Of a DNA stretch of 64,000 bases, positions 57,207-64,000 are shown piece by piece. Every line of letters begins with the position of its first letter. Positions within the stretch are counted from its first letter, which is position 1. The notes beneath the pieces are model-generated. The model did no database searches, had not been told where the DNA came from, and saw nothing but the letters and a program-made list of their open reading frames with translations. The position numbers and the translations under genes were made by a program. The stretch is from Rhodoluna sp. (GTDB lineage: Bacteria; Actinomycetota; Actinomycetes; Actinomycetales; Microbacteriaceae): contig JBIIME010000001.1 of NCBI GenBank assembly GCA_044338175.1, positions 34,738 to 98,737 on the forward strand. Direction: 5' to 3'.

Positions 57207-59297
57207 ATGAGCAATCTAGAGTGGTCAGAACTAGACCAAAGAGCCGTTGATACTGCAAGGGTTCTGGCAGCCGACGCGGTTGAAAAAGTTGGAAACGGGC
57301 ACCCGGGGACCGCTATCTCACTGGCCCCAGTGGCTCATCTTTTGTTCCAGAAAATTCTCAAGCATGACCCAGCAAACCCAGATTGGGTTGGCAGGGACCG
57401 ATTTATTCTTAGCGTTGGCCACTCTTCCCTCACTCTTTACAACCAGCTGTACCTAACCGGCTACGGTCTTGAGCTTTCAGACTTGCAGGCGCTTCGTACC
57501 TGGGATTCCCTGACACCAGGACACCCAGAGTATGGACACACCAAAGGAGTTGAGATCACTACAGGACCGCTGGGACAAGGTTTAGCCTCCGCCGTTGGGT
57601 TCGCATACGCGGCGAGATTCGAACGAGGTCTGTTTGACCCGAGCGCAGCGCCTGGAACCAGCCCTTTCGATCACTTCATCTTCTGCGTAGCTGGAGACGG
57701 GGACATGCAAGAAGGCGTCACATCAGAGGCTTCCTCACTGGCTGGACACCAGAAGCTTGGGAATCTTGTTGTCTTGTATGACTCGAACCAAATTTCAATT
57801 GAAGACGATACCAAGATCGCGTTCACTGAAGATCTAGAGAAGCGCTATGAGTCGTATGGCTGGCATGTACAAGTTGTGAATTGGCGAAAATCCGGTGAGT
57901 ATCACGAGGACATGCAGGAGCTTTTTGAGGCAATACAAAGAGCAAAAGCGGAAACCGATAAACCGTCGTTGATTACGATTCGGACCATCATCGGGTGGCC
58001 TGCTCCCACAAAGCAAAACACGGGCAAGGTTCATGGATCAGCTCTTGGGGCTGAAGAGCTAGCGGGCCTAAAAACCGTTCTCGGGTTTGATCCTGCGAAG
58101 AACTTTGACGTAGCACAAAGTGTTGTGGACTACACCCGTGGCTTTAGAGCGCGCAGCAAGGATGTTCTAGATAAATGGCATAGAGATTTTCAGGCCTGGA
58201 GGGCAGCGAATCCCGATAGTGCAGCACTGTTTGAGCGCCTAGAAGCCAACAAGCTTCCAGACATTGATTCAGTCTTACCCGTTTTTGAAGCCGGCGCAGA
58301 TGCCTCAACTCGGGCAGCTTCTGGCAAGGTTTTGAACGCCATTGCCAAGGTCATGCCTGAGCTCTGGGGTGGTTCGGCTGACCTGGCTGAATCTAACAAC
58401 ACAACAATTGCAGGCGCCAAGTCTTTTGTTCCAGAGATGCACTCAACTCATGAGTTCTCGGGTGATCCCTATGGTCGCGTGCTTCACTTTGGCATCAGGG
58501 AACACGCGATGGGCTCTATCTTGAATGGAATTTCATTGCATGGCAAGACCCGCTCCTACGGCGGAACTTTCTTGATTTTCAGTGATTACATGAGACCTGC
58601 AGTTCGTCTCGCTGCTTTAATGAAGGTGCCGTCGATCTTTGTTTGGACTCATGACTCGATTGCTCTGGGGGAAGATGGACCAACCCATCAGCCCATCGAA
58701 CAGCTTTCCACGTTGCGCGCTATTCCCGGTCTGGACATCGTAAGACCGGCGGACGCTAACGAAGTTAGCTTTGCTTGGAAGAAGATTCTTTCGAGAAGGC
58801 TAGGACCTGCTGGAATTGCTCTAACAAGACAAAACGTGCCGGTAATTCAGCGCGGTATGCCTGATTCAACTGGCCAGATCGTAGCTGCTGCAAGCAATGT
58901 TGAATTTGGAGGATACGTCCTGGTGGACGCATCGAATCAGAAACCAGAGATGATCTTGATCGCTACTGGTTCCGAGGTTCAGCTTGCACTTGCAGCAAGG
59001 TTGGAGCTAGAAAATAATGGTGTCAAAACACGAGTTGTTTCGATGCCTTGCGTTGAATGGTTTGAAGAGCAGACAGATTCGTACCGCGAGAGCGTACTCC
59101 CAGCAAGCGTTCAGGCAAGAGTTTCAGTTGAGGCAGGACTTGCCCTTGGTTGGTCAAAGTACGTGCCGCAAGGCGGATCGGTTTCGATTGAACACTACGG
59201 TGCTTCGGCCGACTACAAGACACTGTTTACAAAATTTGGCATCACAACAGAGGCAGTCGTAGCAAAAGCTAATCAACTTCTTGGAAAGAACACATGA
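57207..59297 (+). CDS. tkt: Transketolase
   Basis: [52 protein letters not shown]; ATG 57207. Confidence 0.96.
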   Translation: MSNLEWSELDQRAVDTARVLAADAVEKVGNGHPGTAISLAPVAHLLFQKILKHDPANPDWVGRDRFILSVGHSSLTLYNQLYLTGYGLELSDLQALRTWDSLTPGHPEYGHTKGVEITTGPLGQGLASAVGFAYAARFERGLFDPSAAPGTSPFDHFIFCVAGDGDMQEGVTSEASSLAGHQKLGNLVVLYDSNQISIEDDTKIAFTEDLEKRYESYGWHVQVVNWRKSGEYHEDMQELFEAIQRAKAETDKPSLITIRTIIGWPAPTKQNTGKVHGSALGAEELAGLKTVLGFDPAKNFDVAQSVVDYTRGFRARSKDVLDKWHRDFQAWRAANPDSAALFERLEANKLPDIDSVLPVFEAGADASTRAASGKVLNAIAKVMPELWGGSADLAESNNTTIAGAKSFVPEMHSTHEFSGDPYGRVLHFGIREHAMGSILNGISLHGKTRSYGGTFLIFSDYMRPAVRLAALMKVPSIFVWTHDSIALGEDGPTHQPIEQLSTLRAIPGLDIVRPADANEVSFAWKKILSRRLGPAGIALTRQNVPVIQRGMPDSTGQIVAAASNVEFGGYVLVDASNQKPEMILIATGSEVQLALAARLELENNGVKTRVVSMPCVEWFEEQTDSYRESVLPASVQARVSVEAGLALGWSKYVPQGGSVSIEHYGASADYKTLFTKFGITTEAVVAKANQLLGKNT

Positions 59298-60397
59298 GCT
59301 CACCACTTCACGAACTAGACAAAGCCGGCGTGAGCATTTGGCTCGATGACTTATCAAGAGATCGAATTCAGTCTGGATCCCTTGCAGAATTGATTGCCTC
59401 TCGTGCAGTATCTGGTGTGACAACTAACCCAACCATTTTCGCGGGGGCCTTTTCTAGTGGTGACGCATACGCTGATCAACTAGCTGAGCTTGCAGCCAAG
59501 GGGGTTTCGGCTTCAGAAGCAGTATTTGAAGCAACCACACAAGATGTGCGGATGGCTTGCGATGTATTTGCTGGTGTCTATAAAAGCACAAAGGGTGTTG
59601 ATGGTCGAGTGTCAATTGAAGTTGAGCCTGGGATTGCTATGGACTCTGCCAAGACCGTAGCTCAGGCCAGAGAGTTATTCAACGCGGTGGACCGTGAGAA
59701 TGTAATGATAAAGATTCCAGCCACCGTTCCTGGTCTTAGCGCAATCACCGAAGTGCTAGCAGCTGGAATATCCGTTAATGTAACTCTTATTTTCTCGTTA
59801 CAGCGCTACGCGCTGGTTATCAAAGCCTTCAAGGATGGCATCTCCAAGGCTAAGCAGAACGGACACGATCTATCCAAGATCCATTCAGTGGCATCTTTTT
59901 TTGTGTCTCGCGTTGACACCGAAATCAATAAGCGGCTTGAGGCTATCGGTACAGAGCAAGCACTTACTTTGAAATCAAAAGCTGCACTTGCAAACGCAAG
60001 GCTTGCCTACGAGCTCTTCCAGAAAGAGTTCGCAAGCTCTGACTGGCAGGAACTTGAGAAGCAGGGAGCTAACAAGCAGAGACCACTTATGGCCTCTACA
60101 GGTGTCAAAGACCCCTCGCTACCAGACACGTTGTATGTGACAGAATTGGTCGCTCCACAGCTTGTAAACACCATGCCAGAAGCAACAATGGAGGCGGTGT
60201 TTGACCACGGTGAGATATCAGCAGACACCATCACTTCTGAGTACGACAGGTCTAGAGGGGTTCTTGAGGCACTAGAAGGGCTTGGTGTTTCTTACGACGA
60301 TGTGGTTTCTCTCTTAGAGAGCGAAGGCGTGGAGAAGTTTGTGGCCTCTTGGAACGACCTTTTGGAAACAGTCTCAAAAGCGCTGCAGGGAAAATAA
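59294..60397 (+). CDS. tal: Transaldolase
   Basis: [51 protein letters not shown]. Confidence 0.95.
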   Translation: MSSPLHELDKAGVSIWLDDLSRDRIQSGSLAELIASRAVSGVTTNPTIFAGAFSSGDAYADQLAELAAKGVSASEAVFEATTQDVRMACDVFAGVYKSTKGVDGRVSIEVEPGIAMDSAKTVAQARELFNAVDRENVMIKIPATVPGLSAITEVLAAGISVNVTLIFSLQRYALVIKAFKDGISKAKQNGHDLSKIHSVASFFVSRVDTEINKRLEAIGTEQALTLKSKAALANARLAYELFQKEFASSDWQELEKQGANKQRPLMASTGVKDPSLPDTLYVTELVAPQLVNTMPEATMEAVFDHGEISADTITSEYDRSRGVLEALEGLGVSYDDVVSLLESEGVEKFVASWNDLLETVSKALQGK

Positions 60398-61998
60398 TGA
60401 ACCTAGAAGTCGCAACTAGGGGTGCGTCGGCGGCGGTGAAGCTAGTTGTTCCGGGGTTAGTCACCGACAGGATTGCAAGCAGAATCTTTGCGAAGGATTA
60501 CACGATCTGGGGAAAGGAAGCTGAGGCGGAGTCCTCCATTCGCCTTGGTTGGGTGGATGCTGCAGCCGAATCCCTTGAACTGCTGCCACATCTAGAGGCC
60601 TTGAGAGCGGAGCACCAAAGCAAAGGGCTAACTAGGATTGTGCTTTGCGGAATGGGTGGTTCATCTCTGGCACCGGAGGTAATTGCAGCTACCTCTGGAG
60701 CTGAGCTTGTCGTCTTGGACTCCACTTACCCTTCGCAGGTGCACGATGCAGTTTCGAGGGACCTTGCTCGTACCATTGTGGTTGTTTCATCAAAGTCTGG
60801 TTCCACAGTTGAAACTGATTCTCAGAAACGTGTCTTCGAAAATGCCTTTGAGCAAGCAGGGATTAAAAGCACCGAGCGCATAATTGTTGTCACTGATCCC
60901 GGTTCTCCGATGCAAAGGCAGGCAATGTCGGATGGCTACAGAGTGTTTCTTGCTAATCCAAATGTGGGAGGCCGGTTCTCAGCTCTTACGGCGTTTGGTG
61001 TTGTCCCATCAGCACTTGCGGGGGTTGACATGGAACCAGTCTTATTGGAGGCCATCGCCGCTTCCGAGCTTCTTTGCGAGGATAAACCAGGTAACCCAGC
61101 ATTGATTGTTGGGGCTGCAATGGCTAGAAGTGGATCTAGCTTTGGATTCAAGGACAAGTTGGGGATCGTTTCGGTGAGCAGCAGTGTTGTTGGACTTGGG
61201 AGCTGGATGGAGCAGCTCATTGCTGAGTCGACTGGAAAGAATGGCCGCGGAGTTCTGCCGATTGTTCTTGAAGCGAGCTCCCCTGAGCTAAAGGTGCCTG
61301 CCGATGACCTTTTGACAATCGGCGTGGTGGATGATGTTTCTGCTGGTGTTTTTGACATTAATGTTTCAGGTGGTCTTGGAGCACAACTTCTATTTTGGGA
61401 AGTCGCGACTGTTGTTGCAGCAAGGCTTTTAGGTGTAAATCCTTTTGACCAACCAGATGTTGAGTCGGCGAAGATTGCATCTCGAGCCTTCCTGGAGAAT
61501 AAGTCAGCTAGCAAGAGCTCTTTGTTTACTGACTCCGGCGTGGAGGTGTCCGCTAAAAACCTGGACTTGGAATCAGATTCAACTCTCACTGAGGCAGTTG
61601 ATTTGCTATTCATGGCAGTTCAGGATTCGAGCTACTGTGCAATTCATGCCTATTTAGACCGTGGTCGAGATAAGCCCTTCGAAAACTTAAGGGATCTGAT
61701 GGCGCAAGTATCTGGGAGGCCAACAACATTTGGTTGGGGCCCACGGTTTCTGCACTCAACTGGTCAGTATCACAAGGGCGGTCCAGCGCAAGGAGTATTT
61801 CTACAGCTCATCGGCACAGGCGATAAAGAGATACCTGTGCCTGGTCGAGGCTTTGGATTCGCAGAGCTTATGAATTCTCAAGCTGACGGAGATGCGGATG
61901 TTCTAGCAGCGGCCGGTAGGCCAGTTCTTACTCTACGTTTTGCTGACAGCAATAGGGCTCTAGCTTTGGTTTCTAAGATTCTTGGAGCGAAAAAGTAA
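60397..61998 (+). CDS. pgi: Glucose-6-phosphate isomerase (Tal-Pgi-type PGI domain)
   Basis: GMGGSSL, SSKSGSTVET, NVGGRFSAL, EQLIAESTGK, PFDQPDVESAK, GPRFLHSTGQYHKGG; TAATG coupling with tal. Confidence 0.9.
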   Translation: MNLEVATRGASAAVKLVVPGLVTDRIASRIFAKDYTIWGKEAEAESSIRLGWVDAAAESLELLPHLEALRAEHQSKGLTRIVLCGMGGSSLAPEVIAATSGAELVVLDSTYPSQVHDAVSRDLARTIVVVSSKSGSTVETDSQKRVFENAFEQAGIKSTERIIVVTDPGSPMQRQAMSDGYRVFLANPNVGGRFSALTAFGVVPSALAGVDMEPVLLEAIAASELLCEDKPGNPALIVGAAMARSGSSFGFKDKLGIVSVSSSVVGLGSWMEQLIAESTGKNGRGVLPIVLEASSPELKVPADDLLTIGVVDDVSAGVFDINVSGGLGAQLLFWEVATVVAARLLGVNPFDQPDVESAKIASRAFLENKSASKSSLFTDSGVEVSAKNLDLESDSTLTEAVDLLFMAVQDSSYCAIHAYLDRGRDKPFENLRDLMAQVSGRPTTFGWGPRFLHSTGQYHKGGPAQGVFLQLIGTGDKEIPVPGRGFGFAELMNSQADGDADVLAAAGRPVLTLRFADSNRALALVSKILGAKK

Positions 61999-62031
61999 TA
62001 CTCAAATTTTGCAGGGCCTTCTCTGCAGTCG

Positions 62032-62700
62032 CTACTTCTTTTTAGTCGGTTTTGAAGCAGGCTTCTTTGTCACAGCTTTCTTTGCGACTGGCTTTGCTTT
62101 TGGCGAAGTCTTGGCAGACTTCTTCACTACTTTTGCCGGCGCAGCTTTCTTTGCAGCTGATTTCTTTGCGACAGACTTTGTAGCTTTCTTTGGAACAGCC
62201 TTGACAGACTTAGTTGGTTTCGCAGGCTTAACTGGCTTTACGGCTTTTGCGGCTCTTGCCTTCTCAGCCGCCATTTTTACTGCCTGTGCCTTTGCGGCGG
62301 CTGTGCGTGCTGCTTCTTCCTTAAGTTGCTTTTTCGCAGCCTCGGCAAGTTTGGCTCTGCGGTCCTTAATGGACGATAGAGCCTCATCTAGTAGCGCCTT
62401 GGCTTCGTCTGAAGTGCGACGTTCTTTAACGTAAGCCAGATGAGTTTTGTAAGGCTCGTGCTTGAGAATCTGAGGTGGGTTCTTCTTGTCCTGTCCCGCT
62501 GGTAAACCGCAGTTAGGGCAATCGATCATGTCTGGAATCTCTGCTGGATCAACATGAGCCGCAAACTGTGGGCTCTGCGTGTGTCCGTTTATACAGTAGT
62601 AGTGGCGTTCAACTCTTTCAGACTTGAAACCGCGGTATTGCTCCCCCATTGGACCCGCACCAACGCGCGAGCCTCTTATTGCTGATCCTCCGCTTGCCAA
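62032..62700 (-). CDS. RbpA-family paralog with C-terminal Lys/Ala/Pro-rich histone-H1-like tail
   Basis: AIRGSRVGAGPMGE, YYCINGH...CPNCG, PYKTHLAYVKERR (RbpA-like, residues 1-115), then ~107 aa low-complexity extension. Confidence 0.88.
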   Translation of the reverse strand: MASGGSAIRGSRVGAGPMGEQYRGFKSERVERHYYCINGHTQSPQFAAHVDPAEIPDMIDCPNCGLPAGQDKKNPPQILKHEPYKTHLAYVKERRTSDEAKALLDEALSSIKDRRAKLAEAAKKQLKEEAARTAAAKAQAVKMAAEKARAAKAVKPVKPAKPTKSVKAVPKKATKSVAKKSAAKKAAPAKVVKKSAKTSPKAKPVAKKAVTKKPASKPTKKK

Positions 62701-62708
62701 ATTATCCC

Positions 62709-62954
62709 CTAAAAACCAAACCTGGTAAGTAAACCAAGTGCGATGACGGAGCTAACCCAAACTAGCCCCAAGATTATGGTGATCCTATTCAGGTTTCTCT
62801 CAGCCACTCCAGAGGAAGAAACATTGGTAGTCACTCCTCCGCCAAACATGTCCGAAAGACCGCCACCTCTACCTTTGTGAAGCAGAATCATAAGAATCAG
62901 AAGCAAGCTGGTAATTGCCAGCAGCACCTGAAGTGCGATTTGGATTGCAGCCAT
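62709..62954 (-). CDS. secG: Preprotein translocase SecG
   Basis: ILLHKGRGGGLSDMFGGG...AERNLNRIT; downstream of tpiA. Confidence 0.95.
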   Translation of the reverse strand: MAAIQIALQVLLAITSLLLILMILLHKGRGGGLSDMFGGGVTTNVSSSGVAERNLNRITIILGLVWVSSVIALGLLTRFGF

Positions 62955-62986
62955 GGATTTACCTGTTCTTTTGAAGTACTAGAAGA

Positions 62987-63772
62987 TTATAAGCTGACAT
63001 GCTTCTGGAAGCGGCAAATACCAGTGAACTCGTCCACCACGAGGCTTGCTCCCCCGACCAAAACCCCATCAACCTCTTGGGATGATAGGAATCCAGCGAC
63101 ATTTGCGCTCTTTACAGAGCCACCGTAGAGAATTCTGGTCTGCTCAGCTGTCTCAGTTGAGAATAGCTCCTCAATACATTTTCTTAGCTTTTTGGCTACC
63201 TCAGCGGCCTGCTCGCTCGTTGCAACCTTGCCTGTTCCAATTGCCCAGACCGGCTCGTAGGCGACTACGAAATCTCCAACATCCTTGTGACCCTCAAGCG
63301 CCTTGGTGAGCTGTCTAACGGGCACTGCAGCGGCACCTTCGGCCTCCAGCTCCTCGAGAGTCTCCCCGACGCAGATCACTGGAACAAGCTTGTTCTTGAA
63401 GCAAGCGCTAACCTTGTCGCGAACAAGTTCGTCATCCTCATTGTGGAATTGGCGCCTTTCGGAGTGACCGACTAAGACGTATTCGACATCTAGTTTCTTT
63501 AGAAAAGCACCAGCCACCTCACCGGTGAACGCACCGGACTCGTGCTTTGAGATGTCCTGGGCACCAAGGCGGAGTTGAAGCTTGTCAGCGTCTATCAGAG
63601 TCTGAACAGTTCGAAGGTCTGTGAAAGGCGGAAAAACTGCCACCTCAACTTTTTCGTAGTCGTGATCCACGTCTTTTAGTGTCCAGGCAATCTTCTGCAC
63701 CAGGGCAATAGCTTGCTGGTGATCGAGGTTCATTTTCCAGTTACCTGCAATTAGCGGTTTACGATCGCTCAT
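62987..63772 (-). CDS. tpiA: Triosephosphate isomerase
   Basis: [36 protein letters not shown]. Confidence 0.97.
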   Translation of the reverse strand: MSDRKPLIAGNWKMNLDHQQAIALVQKIAWTLKDVDHDYEKVEVAVFPPFTDLRTVQTLIDADKLQLRLGAQDISKHESGAFTGEVAGAFLKKLDVEYVLVGHSERRQFHNEDDELVRDKVSACFKNKLVPVICVGETLEELEAEGAAAVPVRQLTKALEGHKDVGDFVVAYEPVWAIGTGKVATSEQAAEVAKKLRKCIEELFSTETAEQTRILYGGSVKSANVAGFLSSQEVDGVLVGGASLVVDEFTGICRFQKHVSL

Positions 63773-64000
63773 GCCAGAACCTCCAGTCCAGGAAGGGGTT
63801 TTCCTTCCAAATACTCAAGACTAGCTCCACCACCGGTAGAGATGTGTCCAAACGCACTATCTAGGAACCCAAGCGCCCTAACTGCGGCTGCCGAGTCTCC
63901 TCCTCCAACGACGCTGAGGCCCTGGACCCTAGTGAGAGCCATTGCAACCGATTTGGTACCGGCGCTGAAGGCAGCGAACTCGAAAACCCCCATAGGCCCG
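63769..64000 (-). CDS. pgk: Phosphoglycerate kinase, 3' end (partial)
   Basis: [31 protein letters not shown]. Confidence 0.95.
   Translation of the reverse strand, partial: GPMGVFEFAAFSAGTKSVAMALTRVQGLSVVGGGDSAAAVRALGFLDSAFGHISTGGGASLEYLEGKPLPGLEVLA

Noticed and set aside
60936-61613. 225-aa minus-strand ORF
   Set aside because: Antisense to pgi; Ser/Thr/Pro-rich shadow frame with no domain signal
61982-62434. 150-aa Phe/Ala-rich plus-strand ORF that looks like a membrane protein
   Set aside because: It is the reverse complement of the Lys/Ala-rich RbpA tail (AAA/AAG codons read as TTT/CTT)
1-64000. LexA boxes (CGAAC-N4-GTTCG) or PafBC promoter motifs at dnaE, the exonuclease or the photolyase
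   Set aside because: No convincing match found by eye in the relevant upstream regions; a PWM scan is needed to exclude weak sites

Overview
Core-genome window (no mobile elements, CRISPR arrays or rRNA seen) from a genome-streamlined, roughly 50% GC actinobacterium. Gene content and order are most consistent with Microbacteriaceae, possibly Luna-cluster/Aquiluna-like; this is an inference from synteny. Contents in order: end of ftsZ, yggS-sepF-yggT-divIVA-lspA-rluD-dnaE; nrdR-nrdJ with tandem NrdR boxes; pyrD; the cytochrome bcc-aa3 genes (ctaCDF, ctaE-qcrCAB); trpD; a 28-bp dif-like site at 24663-24690 where the dominant coding strand flips, marking the probable replication terminus; rbpA, ppm1-lnt, helY-tatCA-pafCB-FKBP-trmI with no Pup/proteasome genes; tRNA-Leu(GAG); rpmE2, serB, fabI/fabG, SURF1, ABC-F, bioY, sufBD-Rieske-sufC-sufT; ctaA-photolyase-ctaB; tkt-tal-pgi without zwf/opcA/pgl; a second RbpA paralog with a long histone-H1-like Lys/Ala/Pro tail; secG-tpiA-pgk. 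I see no obviously new multi-gene system. The most unusual signals are the RbpA/basic-tail fusion, a leaderless 14-codon uORF coupled to serB, pervasive leaderless gene starts and overlapping convergent stops, a photolyase embedded in the heme-A locus, and an Arg-less Rid protein coupled to the oxidase operon. All family calls come from motif recognition by eye; no database searches were run.
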